IMG/VR virus record: IMGVR_UViG_2869891414_000007
Span: 17,253 to 81,252 of that record
Strand: one strand, 5' to 3'
Origin: a virus
Taxonomy: Duplodnaviria; Caudoviricetes
Length of the DNA: 64,000 bases
In this document: positions 1 to 8,536 of the stretch, in pieces
Layout of the letters: every line of letters starts with the position of its first letter
Numbering within the stretch: the first letter of the stretch is position 1
Notes under the pieces: model-generated
Told to the model about the DNA's origin: nothing
The model's input: the letters and a program-made list of their open reading frames with translations, nothing else
Databases searched by the model: none
Made by a program: the position numbers and the translations under genes

Positions 1-160
1 GCGCAATCGCATCCCACCCATCGCGCTTCTTCCAGCTCTGCACAGTCGGCGATTTCAGGGCTAGCTGGTCTGCGATTTGGCGCACAGAGAAGCCCTGCCA
101 GTAAAGCAAGGCCGCCTGTCGCCGTGGGTCGCTGATGATGGTGCTCGGTGTCGTATTCAT
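1..160 (-). CDS. gpP: P2 terminase ATPase subunit gpP, N-terminal part (partial; absent from ORF track)
   Basis: Manual translation MNTTPSTIISDPRRQAALLYWQGFSVRQIADQLALKSPTVQSWKKRDGWD matches the P2 gpP N-terminus; divergent from gpO. Confidence 0.93.
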   Translation of the reverse strand, partial: MNTTPSTIISDPRRQAALLYWQGFSVRQIADQLALKSPTVQSWKKRDGWDAIA

Positions 161-207
161 GCCATTAGGCTACGCGACCAGCCCGACCCTCTGCGCGTCC
201 TCGCTGT

Positions 208-225
208 TGTGCCAGCCCCGTCACA
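208..225. promoter_or_regulatory. Ogr/Delta late-activator site of the PO/PP divergent promoters
   Basis: TGT-N12-ACA (tgtgccagccccgtcaca) between gpP and gpO. Confidence 0.7.
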
Positions 226-310
226 ACTGGCTTTCGTTGTTGCCATCGCCATCCATCAGGAAACTAAGCCCCGAACCGAACAACCATAATCACATTGAAT
301 GGAGCCACTT

Positions 311-1165
311 ATGGCTAAGAAAGTTTCTAAGTATTTTCGTATCGGCGTTGAGGGGGATACCTGCGACGGGCGAGTGATTGACGCCGACGATATCAACCAG
401 ATGGCCGAATCCTTTGATCCGCGCGTCTACGGTTGCCGCATCAATCTGGAACATCTGAAAAGCTACTCCCCGGACAGCACTTTCCGCCGCTATGGCGATG
501 TATCAGCCCTTAAAGCGGAAACCATTGAAGACGACTCCATCCTGAACGGTAAGCGTGCGTTGTTCGCCCAAATCAGCCCAACCGATGATTTGGTGCAGAT
601 GAACAAAGCCTTACAGAAAATCTATACCTCCATGGAAATTCGCCCGAACTTTGCCAATACCGGTAAAGCCTATCTGGTCGGGCTGGCGGTGACCGATGAT
701 CCGGCCAGCCTCGGCACTGAAATGCTGGAATTCAGCGCCAAAGCCAAACACAACCCATTAGCCGCCCGTAAATCTAACCCGGAAAACTTGTTCTCGGCAG
801 CGGTTGAAGTGCAACTGGAATTTGAGGACGTGGCCGAGCCGGGCGTCACCTTACTCAACATGGTGAAGTCAGTGTTCAGTCGCAAACAAGCCACCGACGA
901 CGCCCGTTTTAATGACGTGCATGAGGCGGTGAATGCCGTGGCAGTGCATGTGCAGGAACAGGGGGAAACCATTGAAGCCCGCTTTACAACCATTGAGAAG
1001 CAATTTGCAGACCAAGTGGTTGAGTTGAAACAGAGCATCGAAAAGGGAAAACAAGGGGTTACGGCCATCGAAACCAAGCTTTCTATCACTGAAAACTTTA
1101 GCCAGACCAAGCGCCCGGAATCCACCGGCGGCAACAATCAAAAGGATGTATTGACCGACTGCTAG
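311..1165 (+). CDS. gpO: capsid scaffolding protein/protease
   Basis: SKYFRIGVEGDTCDGRVI...YGCRINLEH P2 gpO motifs; start set at MAKK after GGAG. Confidence 0.95.
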   Translation: MAKKVSKYFRIGVEGDTCDGRVIDADDINQMAESFDPRVYGCRINLEHLKSYSPDSTFRRYGDVSALKAETIEDDSILNGKRALFAQISPTDDLVQMNKALQKIYTSMEIRPNFANTGKAYLVGLAVTDDPASLGTEMLEFSAKAKHNPLAARKSNPENLFSAAVEVQLEFEDVAEPGVTLLNMVKSVFSRKQATDDARFNDVHEAVNAVAVHVQEQGETIEARFTTIEKQFADQVVELKQSIEKGKQGVTAIETKLSITENFSQTKRPESTGGNNQKDVLTDC

Positions 1166-1241
1166 TTGGGGTCACTGGCCGCCGGTTGTGCGGCCCGCTT
1201 GCTATTTCATTAACACCTTATTTAACTGAATCAGGATTATT

Positions 1242-2462
1242 ATGCGCCCAGCAACCCGTTATAAATTTAATGCCTATCTGACCCGTCAAGCCGAGCTGAA
1301 CGGAGTAGAAACTGGCGACCTGAATAAAAAATTCAGCGTTGAACCCTCCGTTACGCAAACCATCATGACCCGCGTCCAAGAGTCCTCAGAATTTCTGAGC
1401 AGCATCAATATCGTGCCAGTCGCCGAGCTGACCGCCGAAAAGGTCGGCCTTGGCGTCAATGGTTCGGTTGCCAGCACCACCGATACTGACGGCGGCGATG
1501 AGCGCGAAACCGCCGAGTTTGCCTCGCTGGACAGCGAGAAGTATTTCTGTGAACAGGTGAACTACGATTTCCACATTCGCTATAACACCCTCGACCTGTG
1601 GGCGCGTTATCAGGACTTCCAGACCCGTTTACGCGACGCCATTATCAAGCGTCAGGCACTTGACCGCATCATGGCAGGCTTCAATGGCACCCACCGCGCC
1701 AAGACATCCAACCGTGCACAAAATCCATTGTTGCAGGATATCGCGGTGGGCTGGTTACAGAAGTATCGCACCAATGCACCGGCGCGTGTGATGGATTCGT
1801 TTACGGCTAAGGACGGTACTGTCACCGATAAAATCACCGTGGGTGACGAGGGTAACTACGTCAATCTGGATGCACTGGTGATGGATGCTGCCAGCTCAAT
1901 GATTGCCGAGTGGTATCAAGAAGACCCTGAGTTGGTGGTCATTACGGGTCGCCAGTTGATGCAGGATAAATACTTCCCGCTGGTCAACAAAGTGCAAGAG
2001 AACAGCGAAACCCTCGCCGCTGACCTAATTATCAGCCAGAAGCGTATCGGCAATTTGCCCGCTGTCCGTGCGCCCTATTTTCCGCCCAACGCATTCATGA
2101 TCACCCGCCTTGATAACCTGTCTATCTACTGGCTGGAAGATTCGCACCGCCGCCATATTGATGAGAACGCTAAGCGTGACCGCATCGAAAACTACGAATC
2201 CATTAAGCAGGATTATGTAGTGGAAGATTACGCCTGCGGCTGTCTGGTGGAAAATATCGAGATTTTACCGGCGAAAAAAGACATCGCCTCGGCACCGGCT
2301 GCGGCCGCATTGATGGTATCGGAAGCCCCGAACTATGACGGTCTTGCCGCCGCGATCATGGCTGCGGTGAACGTTGCGGCTAACCCGAATGAAGTCAAAC
2401 CGGAAGCGACTGCCGCGACGGAAAGCACTCCCGAAACACCGGCAACCAAAGGGAGCAAATAA
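1242..2462 (+). CDS. gpN: P2-family major capsid protein with Ala/Pro/Thr-rich C-terminal extension
   Basis: FSVEPSVTQT, DRIMAGFNG, DIAVGWLQK, RIENYES motifs; position after gpO. Confidence 0.96.
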   Translation: MRPATRYKFNAYLTRQAELNGVETGDLNKKFSVEPSVTQTIMTRVQESSEFLSSINIVPVAELTAEKVGLGVNGSVASTTDTDGGDERETAEFASLDSEKYFCEQVNYDFHIRYNTLDLWARYQDFQTRLRDAIIKRQALDRIMAGFNGTHRAKTSNRAQNPLLQDIAVGWLQKYRTNAPARVMDSFTAKDGTVTDKITVGDEGNYVNLDALVMDAASSMIAEWYQEDPELVVITGRQLMQDKYFPLVNKVQENSETLAADLIISQKRIGNLPAVRAPYFPPNAFMITRLDNLSIYWLEDSHRRHIDENAKRDRIENYESIKQDYVVEDYACGCLVENIEILPAKKDIASAPAAAALMVSEAPNYDGLAAAIMAAVNVAANPNEVKPEATAATESTPETPATKGSK

Positions 2463-2465
2463 GCC

Positions 2466-3125
2466 ATGACCAGTCCTGCGCGCCGCCACTTTCTGAGACA
2501 GTCGGCTATTGCTGCCTCACAGCTGCGGGATAACCCGCTGCGCCACGCCACCGGCTACGAGCTGATGTTGCTCAAGCTCAATGAAGATAAACGCAAACTG
2601 AAACAGGTGCGTTCACAAGAGCGTAAAGCCGAGCTGAAGCGGCAGTTATTGCCGGACTACCTGCCGTGGGTATCGGGTGTATTGAGTGAGGGGAAAGGCG
2701 CGCAGGACGCCATTGTAATGACGGTGATGATTTGGCGGCTGGATGCCGGGGATATTCCCGGCGCACTGGATATCGCCCGTTATGCCCTGCGTTATCAGTT
2801 AGTGCCAACTGACCGTTTTACCCGCTCGACCGCTTACCTGATTGCCGAGGAAGTCGCGGACGCTGCGGCGCGCGCCTATGCCACCGGTAAGCCGATTGAT
2901 ATTGAGCCTCTGCTGCAAACCATTGAGCTGATGGCAGATGAAGACATGCCCGACCAAGTGCGCGCCAAACTGCACAAAATCACCGGCTATGTGCTGCGTG
3001 ACAGTGGCCGGGGCGAGTTGGCCCTGTCCCATCTTCACCGCGCACTCCAGCTTCATACCGGTTGTGGCGTCAAAAAAGACATTGAGCGACTGGCCGTGAA
3101 GTTAAAGAACGCCGCCAGCCGCTAA
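2466..3125 (+). CDS. gpM: terminase endonuclease subunit
   Basis: MTSPARRH, DMPDQVRAKLHK, GVKKDIERL motifs; synteny. Confidence 0.95.
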   Translation: MTSPARRHFLRQSAIAASQLRDNPLRHATGYELMLLKLNEDKRKLKQVRSQERKAELKRQLLPDYLPWVSGVLSEGKGAQDAIVMTVMIWRLDAGDIPGALDIARYALRYQLVPTDRFTRSTAYLIAEEVADAAARAYATGKPIDIEPLLQTIELMADEDMPDQVRAKLHKITGYVLRDSGRGELALSHLHRALQLHTGCGVKKDIERLAVKLKNAASR

Positions 3126-3224
3126 CCCGAACGCTCCCCGAGCCGGGCGGCACGATGGCCGCAACAGGGTTTACCTTGTTAACGCCGTCGTCCACCGCCC
3201 ACCCATTCTGATATTGAGGTTGGC

Positions 3225-3704
3225 ATGACCACTACCACTGTTGTTATCCCCGCGCCACGGCCTGACAAAACGGCCGAGCCGGTGATTGAAAATACCTTTT
3301 TCTGGCCTGCGGTTGACCCGATAAAGCTGCGCGAGCTGTTGCGCCTTGAGGGAACCGTCACCGCCGAGCGCCTGCGCTTTACCATCAAAAGCGCTATTGC
3401 CGAGGTTAACGCCGAGCTGTTCGAGTACCGCCGTGACCAGATGGCGGCAGGCTTTAAAACACTGGCCGAGGTACAGGCCGAGCAACTGGACGGCGAGAGC
3501 ATCCAGTTGGCCGAGTACCAGCGCGCGGTCTGTGCCATTACGGCCGCACTGTTGGCCGAGCGTTATCGCGGCTATGACGCCAGCGCGCGTGGTGATAAAC
3601 GCGCGGATGCCATTGAAAGTACGGTTGATGAGTTGTGGCGTGATGCGCGGATTAGTATTCGCAACATTGCCGGTAAGCCTCACAACATTATTGGCCTTAT
3701 CTGA
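3225..3704 (+). CDS. gpL: head completion/stabilization protein
   Basis: NTFFWPAVD, YRGYDAS, ELWRDAR motifs; synteny. Confidence 0.93.
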   Translation: MTTTTVVIPAPRPDKTAEPVIENTFFWPAVDPIKLRELLRLEGTVTAERLRFTIKSAIAEVNAELFEYRRDQMAAGFKTLAEVQAEQLDGESIQLAEYQRAVCAITAALLAERYRGYDASARGDKRADAIESTVDELWRDARISIRNIAGKPHNIIGLI

Positions 3705-3907
3705 TGCAGGTCAACGCGTTGCAAGGCGACACGCTCGACGCATTGTGCTGGCGCTATTACGGGCGCACACAAGATGTGCTGGAGCAAGTCTATGACGCGA
3801 ATCCGGGGCTGTCGGAACTGGGGGCCATTCTGCCCCATGGCTATCCGGTGCAGTTGCCCGATATGGCCCCGGCGGCCCAACGTGAAACCGTTCAATTATG
3901 GGATTGA
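3704..3907 (+). CDS. gpX: tail protein X
   Basis: QGDTLDALCWRYYG...NPGL...LPHG...VQLWD. Confidence 0.95.
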   Translation: MQVNALQGDTLDALCWRYYGRTQDVLEQVYDANPGLSELGAILPHGYPVQLPDMAPAAQRETVQLWD

Positions 3908-3909
3908 AA

Positions 3910-4119
3910 ATGGAGAAATTCAGCTCTGCGGTAGCCTATGTTTTTGCGCTGCTGTTGGCGTTTATTGGCGCACTGAGTCCGCAAGATATCGCGTTTTATG
4001 TGGCAGCGGTGGCCGCTGCTGCCACCTGTCTTATCAACTGGTACTACCGGCGCAAGAGCTATTTCTTGCTGAAAGAAGTGGTTATCAGGCGGGAGGTGTT
4101 CGATGAACTCAATCGTTAA
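3910..4119 (+). CDS. holin (HP1-like)
   Basis: 69 aa, two hydrophobic segments, basic WYYRRK tail, precedes lysozyme. Confidence 0.85.
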   Translation: MEKFSSAVAYVFALLLAFIGALSPQDIAFYVAAVAAAATCLINWYYRRKSYFLLKEVVIRREVFDELNR

Positions 4120-4609
4120 GCGCTGTCTGGTCGGGGTCATTCTGGCGCTGGCCGCCACCTTGCCAAATTACCAGACGCTCAAGACATCGCCCGCCGGGCT
4201 AAAACTGATCGCCGATTATGAGGGCTGCCAGCTCAACGCCTACCAGTGTAGCGCCAATGTCTGGACAAATGGCATCGGTCACACCGCCGGAGTGAAGCCG
4301 GGCAGCGTGATCAGTGAGCGACAGGTGGCGGTCAATCTGGTGGCTGACGTGCAGCGGGTTGAGCGGGCAATAGCGGTGTGTATGCCGGTTGCCATGCCGC
4401 AACACGTCTATGACGCCGTGGTGTCTTTCGCCTTTAACGTGGGTACGGGGGCGGCCTGTCGCTCGACGCTGGCCTTTTTTGTCAATAAGGGGGACTGGCG
4501 CAGCGCCTGCAATCAGTTGCCGCGCTGGGTCTATGTTAACGGTGTGAAAACCAAAGGGTTAGAGCGTCGCCGCACCACCGAACAAACACACTGCCTGAGC
4601 GGGGTCTGA
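4103..4609 (+). CDS. endolysin (lysozyme, GH24-like)
   Basis: YEGCQLNAYQCSANVWTNGIGHT catalytic region, VSFAFNVG, GLERRR; hydrophobic N-terminus. Confidence 0.93.
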   Translation: MNSIVKRCLVGVILALAATLPNYQTLKTSPAGLKLIADYEGCQLNAYQCSANVWTNGIGHTAGVKPGSVISERQVAVNLVADVQRVERAIAVCMPVAMPQHVYDAVVSFAFNVGTGAACRSTLAFFVNKGDWRSACNQLPRWVYVNGVKTKGLERRRTTEQTHCLSGV

Positions 4610-4610
4610 T

Positions 4611-5015
4611 ATGCGCATAGTCATGATGGTGATAGTCGCGTTACTGGTTGCGCTGGGATGGTATGCCAACCGCCTGAGCCACGATATCGACAGTGCCAAC
4701 CGGATTATTGGCACCTTATCAGCCGGGATTGAGAGCCGGGACAACGCGATCACCCGCTTGCAAGATGAGGCCCGGCAACAGGCAGACAATGAGCGGGCAT
4801 TACGGCAATCACTGAGCCACGCCAGCACCTTGTCATTATCTCGTGAACAGAGAATTCAAAGGTTACTCAATGAAAATAAAGCCTTGCGTGATTGGTTTGC
4901 TGCTGCTTTGCCTGCTGACGTTATCCGGCTGCACCAGCGTCCCGCGTTCGCCAGCCCCAACGATTATTTACGTTGGCTGTCCGACAGTGAACAGTTGCCC
5001 GCTGCCGGGCAGTAG
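4611..5015 (+). CDS. lysB: LysB / i-spanin
   Basis: N-terminal TM helix, coiled coil, ENKALRDW...LPADVIRL. Confidence 0.88.
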   Translation: MRIVMMVIVALLVALGWYANRLSHDIDSANRIIGTLSAGIESRDNAITRLQDEARQQADNERALRQSLSHASTLSLSREQRIQRLLNENKALRDWFAAALPADVIRLHQRPAFASPNDYLRWLSDSEQLPAAGQ

Positions 5016-5184
5016 TCCGGCGGTTAATGGTGATTTAAGTGCCGATATCCGCCAGTTAGAAACCGCACTGGTGGCCTGCGGGCTGCAAGTGGAAGCCGTG
5101 AAACAGTGTCAGGAACAGCATCATGTTAAAACCCAAACTGCTACGCCAAGCCTTAACCGACAGTCTGCAACTGTTCCAGACTAA
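4870..5184 (+). CDS. lysC: LysC / o-spanin lipoprotein overlapping lysB
   Basis: Lipobox LSGC, CPTVNSCPLP, NGDLSADI motifs; overlaps lysB in another frame. Confidence 0.85.
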   Translation: MKIKPCVIGLLLLCLLTLSGCTSVPRSPAPTIIYVGCPTVNSCPLPGSSPAVNGDLSADIRQLETALVACGLQVEAVKQCQEQHHVKTQTATPSLNRQSATVPD

Positions 5185-5578
5185 CCCGGAACGGCTGAAA
5201 ATGTTTGTTGATGGCGGGCGCATTGTCTCAACGTTAGCCCCGTCGCTCTCTTTTGAAAATCAATATACGCTGACGCTGTTTATTGAGGATTTTCCCAGTG
5301 ATGTTGATTACCTCTTTGTGCCGATTCTGGCATGGCTGCGCGAGCATCAACCGGACATCATGGCAACAGAAGAGAAGCGCCGCACCGGCTTTATTCATAA
5401 GGTCGATGTGATTAGCGATGTGCTGAGTGATATCCGTATCGACCTGCAACTGACTGAGCGGGCCATTGTGAAAGAGGTTGACGGTGCATTGCATGTTAAC
5501 CACGCGCTGGAACCGGCGTGGCCGGGTACGCCAACACGACCAACAGCCATCTACTTTAACGGCGAAGTGATCCCATGA
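5123..5578 (+). CDS. gpR: tail completion protein R
   Basis: MLKPKLLRQAL, WLREHQPD, IDLQLTER. Confidence 0.93.
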   Translation: MLKPKLLRQALTDSLQLFQTNPERLKMFVDGGRIVSTLAPSLSFENQYTLTLFIEDFPSDVDYLFVPILAWLREHQPDIMATEEKRRTGFIHKVDVISDVLSDIRIDLQLTERAIVKEVDGALHVNHALEPAWPGTPTRPTAIYFNGEVIP

Positions 5579-6024
5579 ATGAGCTGAAGCCCTTTGATGA
5601 TGCATTGGCCGGGCTGATTGCCAGTCTCACGCCCAAGGCGCGCAAAGCGCTGGCGGTGACGGTTGCAAAGCGCCTGCGGGCCAGTCAGCAACAACGCATC
5701 AAACGCCAGCAAGCGCCCGACGGCACCCCGTATGCCGCGCGTAAATCTCAACCGCTGCGTAAACCCAAGGGTCGGATTAAGCGGGAAATGTTCGCCAAGT
5801 TGCGCACCGCGCGCTATATGAAAGCCAACAGTAGCTCTGATGAGGCGGTGGTTGAGTTTGCCGGGCGCGTGGAACGAATGGCGGCAGTGCATCATTTTGG
5901 CCTGCGTGACCGCCCAAACGTATACAGCAAAGATGTGCAGTATGATGAAAGGCCGTTGTTGGGGTTTGATAAGAAACTAATTGATAGTATAGAAAAAATT
6001 ATTACATCCTCTTTTACAAAGTAA
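5575..6024 (+). CDS. gpS: tail completion/virion morphogenesis protein S
   Basis: QQAPDGTPY, MFAKLRTARY, HHFGLRD, ERPLLGF. Confidence 0.93.
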   Translation: MNELKPFDDALAGLIASLTPKARKALAVTVAKRLRASQQQRIKRQQAPDGTPYAARKSQPLRKPKGRIKREMFAKLRTARYMKANSSSDEAVVEFAGRVERMAAVHHFGLRDRPNVYSKDVQYDERPLLGFDKKLIDSIEKIITSSFTK

Positions 6025-6061
6025 TATTGTGACTTTTATTGTTCGCTACCAGCGAATTTAG

Positions 6062-6090
6062 TTGACCATTTGCGAACTTTGCTCTATTCT
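6062..6090 (+). promoter_or_regulatory. sigma70 promoter of the retron operon
   Basis: TTGACC-17 bp-TATTCT; predicted start about 6097. Confidence 0.65.
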
Positions 6091-6096
6091 AAATTT

Positions 6097-6558
6097 AACG
6101 TTACTGAAGAGAGAATCCGCCGGTTAGACCTGAGTAGTGATATTTACTACTTGTGGAGGATTTAGATCCTCTGTTTTTTTGCGCTGCCCTTGTGCTGTCC
6201 ACGGTGCTGCTACGAAGCTTCCCATGGCATGTTGTAGTGTATAGGCGTACTGCGTACTGATCGTGTTGGCGACATCACGATCAGATTGAATAGGGTTCAC
6301 TGCCAAAAACTCTCATTTCCTGATTATGGCGACCTAACAGCAATTCTGCTGTTAGTTATCAGGAATAAAATTTATGAAAAATAGTAACGCGTTTTGGCAG
6401 GCACTTAAGAAGAATGACACTAAAAAGAAGAAGCGGAAGCAAAAGCAGAAGCTTTGGAATATTGTAAAAGTACTGGTGAGAGCCGGTCTGTGTGTTTACA
6501 AACTCCTTAACTTCTTCTTTGGTGATAATGATGCTTAAGTGTGCCCTACCTTCAGTAA
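6097..6558 (+). ncRNA. retron msr-msd-like structured RNA (extent inferred), possibly enclosing the small ORF
   Basis: Hairpins agtagt/actact (~6133-6151), gaggat/atcctc (6156-6171), ctgatcgtg/cacgatcag (6257-6284), nested stem 6300-6400; 9-bp inverted repeat ttactgaag (6101-6109)/cttcagtaa (6550-6558); upstream of a retron RT. Confidence 0.6.
6374..6538 (+). CDS. 54-aa small basic/amphipathic protein, candidate retron effector (SP)
   Basis: MKNSNAFWQALKKNDTKKKKRKQKQKLWNIVKVLVRAGLCVYKLLNFFFGDNDA; AGGA RBS at 6361; shorter than any ORF in the supplied track, which omits it. Confidence 0.75.
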   Translation: MKNSNAFWQALKKNDTKKKKRKQKQKLWNIVKVLVRAGLCVYKLLNFFFGDNDA

Positions 6559-6569
6559 AGAGGTGATTT

Positions 6570-6887
6570 ATGATTAACCGAGCATTAAAAACCATCAGGC
6601 TATTCCATAACATAAAACAATCTGAACTTGCGGATAAGCTATGTATTTCAAAATCATACTTATCAGAGCTTGAATCAGGAAAAAAAACAGTCTCATTTGA
6701 TATATTAGAAAAATATTCTAATAATTTTGACATTCCAGTTTCATCACTGGTTTTTTTTGCTGAACGAATTAATGAACCGGGTAAAGATACAATTCCTGAA
6801 AAATTCAAAACTGTTTTTGCAGATAAAATACTTAAGATAATGGAATGGAGCATAGCGAGAGATGGCGAAAAAGAAAGGGAGAATTAA
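6570..6887 (+). CDS. XRE-family helix-turn-helix protein, retron accessory
   Basis: LKTIRLFHNIKQSELADKLCISKSYLSELESGKK; SD gaggtg; overlaps RT start by 26 nt. Confidence 0.92.
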   Translation: MINRALKTIRLFHNIKQSELADKLCISKSYLSELESGKKTVSFDILEKYSNNFDIPVSSLVFFAERINEPGKDTIPEKFKTVFADKILKIMEWSIARDGEKEREN

Positions 6888-7794
6888 TACTAAAGGCAAG
6901 TCTTATAGTATTAATGATAGCGCTTTATTCAATATTCAGAGTAAAAACAAGCTTGCGGAAGTATTACTGACAAACTTAGATAACATAAAAAGCTTATTAT
7001 CTAATGACAATTATATTGTTTTTGATAATACTAATGAAGATGGTAAAAAGCGGACTATTCAAACCCCATCAGATAAACTTAATGTTGTGCATACAAGAAT
7101 AGCGAGTTTACTATGCCGTATAACTCAACCAGAATATGTCCATTCAGGAATAAAAAATAAATCTAATGTATCCAATGCCAGAAAACATGTAGGTACACAC
7201 CCTGTATTAACGTCTGATATACGCTCATTTTTTCCTTCGACATCTAAGCGCCAAGTCTTCAATTTTTTTAATAGGAAATTGAAGTGCGCTGCTGATGTAT
7301 CAGACCTCATGGCGGAATTGTGTACGTATGCGAACCATATACCTACAGGCAGTCGAATAAGTATGCCTTTAGCATTCTGGGCAAACTATGACATGTTTAA
7401 TGAAATGAACATAATTTCAAATAAATTAAATATAACAATGACTGTTTATGTTGATGATATTACTTTTTCTGGCAATGCTGTTAATAGACTGTTTCTTCAT
7501 AAATGCAAGAGAATAGTGGAAAAGAATGGCCATGTTTTACATCCAAAGAAAACAGCCCTCTACTCTGCTAAAGAGCCTAAGACCATTACAGGTGTTATTG
7601 TTCATGAAAATGAAATTAAAGTAAGAAATTTACATTACAAGAAAATTTATTTTGATTTAGATGCGTGGAAGAAAACTGACGACGCCATAGAAAAAGAAAA
7701 CTTAAAAAACAAGGTTCTTGGTCGAATGCATTCTCTTTCTACTATTAATGAAAAATTCAAAGATAAAGCACGAAGCTTTCGGTCCATTGATTAG
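6862..7794 (+). CDS. retron-type reverse transcriptase (type VI-like)
   Basis: Region X NARKH, DIRSFFPS, YVDD catalytic motif, region Y ITG; 310 aa, no fused domains; AT-rich. Confidence 0.92.
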   Translation: MAKKKGRINTKGKSYSINDSALFNIQSKNKLAEVLLTNLDNIKSLLSNDNYIVFDNTNEDGKKRTIQTPSDKLNVVHTRIASLLCRITQPEYVHSGIKNKSNVSNARKHVGTHPVLTSDIRSFFPSTSKRQVFNFFNRKLKCAADVSDLMAELCTYANHIPTGSRISMPLAFWANYDMFNEMNIISNKLNITMTVYVDDITFSGNAVNRLFLHKCKRIVEKNGHVLHPKKTALYSAKEPKTITGVIVHENEIKVRNLHYKKIYFDLDAWKKTDDAIEKENLKNKVLGRMHSLSTINEKFKDKARSFRSID

Positions 7795-7830
7795 CTGCAA
7801 AACTTTTCATAACAAAAGTCTTGTTGATGT

Positions 7831-7848
7831 TGTGTAGTACCTGATACA
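7831..7848 (+). promoter_or_regulatory. Ogr site of late promoter PV
   Basis: TGT-N12-ACA (tgtgtagtacctgataca) upstream of gpV. Confidence 0.7.
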
Positions 7849-7894
7849 ACCCCTCATTATTGAAGCAAGTAACTATTAGTTACATGCTTCCCTC

Positions 7895-8536
7895 ATGAAT
7901 ACTCAAACCCAAATCACTGAAATTCTGCGCCTGCTGCGCAACCTTATCCGTATTGGTACGGTGGCTGAGGTCGATCTCGACCAAGCCCTGTGCCGTGTGG
8001 CGACAGGGGACAATACCACCGGCTGGTTAAACTGGCTGACGCTTCGCGCCGGTCAATCACGTTCATGGTGGGCACCGTCTGAGGGCGAACAGGTATTGAT
8101 ATTGTCCCTCGGTGGCGAACTCGACACCGGCTTTGTGTTGCCGGGCATTTTCTCTGATGACTTTCCGCCACCGTCGGCCTCGGCCAATGGCTTGTATATC
8201 GCTTTTCCTGACGGTGCCACGTTGCACTATGAGCCGGAAAGCGGCGAGTTGCTGGCAGATGGAATCAAAACAGCGGTTATCAATGCCAGTGAATCGGTGA
8301 ATGTTACCGCCCCCAATATCACCTGTACCGCCTCGGTGAAAATCCTTTTAGACACGCCCGAAGTTGAATGCACTAACAACCTGACCACCGCCACCTTGAA
8401 TGTGATCCAAGGCGGCAAGATGAGTGGTGATATTGAGCACTCAGGCGGCCAGTTCTCATCCAATGGCGTGGTAGTCGATAAGCATGACCATGGCGGTGTG
8501 TTGCGCGGCGGGGATTATACGGAGGGGATTAAATGA
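7895..8536 (+). CDS. gpV: baseplate spike protein V
   Basis: NLIRIGTV, WWAPSEGEQV, terminal H-x-H iron-binding motif (KHDHGGV). Confidence 0.95.
   Translation: MNTQTQITEILRLLRNLIRIGTVAEVDLDQALCRVATGDNTTGWLNWLTLRAGQSRSWWAPSEGEQVLILSLGGELDTGFVLPGIFSDDFPPPSASANGLYIAFPDGATLHYEPESGELLADGIKTAVINASESVNVTAPNITCTASVKILLDTPEVECTNNLTTATLNVIQGGKMSGDIEHSGGQFSSNGVVVDKHDHGGVLRGGDYTEGIK

Noticed and set aside
77-377. Plus-strand ORFs 77-289 and 135-377
   Set aside because: They overlap the real minus-strand gpP start and the divergent promoter region
6185-6196. 12-mer tgccYttgtgct shared with 51535-51546 near the second retron
   Set aside because: Opposite orientation relative to each RT, and a match of this size is expected by chance
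6359-6853. 164-aa minus-strand ORF over the retron small ORF and HTH
   Set aside because: Antisense shadow of AT-rich plus-strand genes; no motif or RBS
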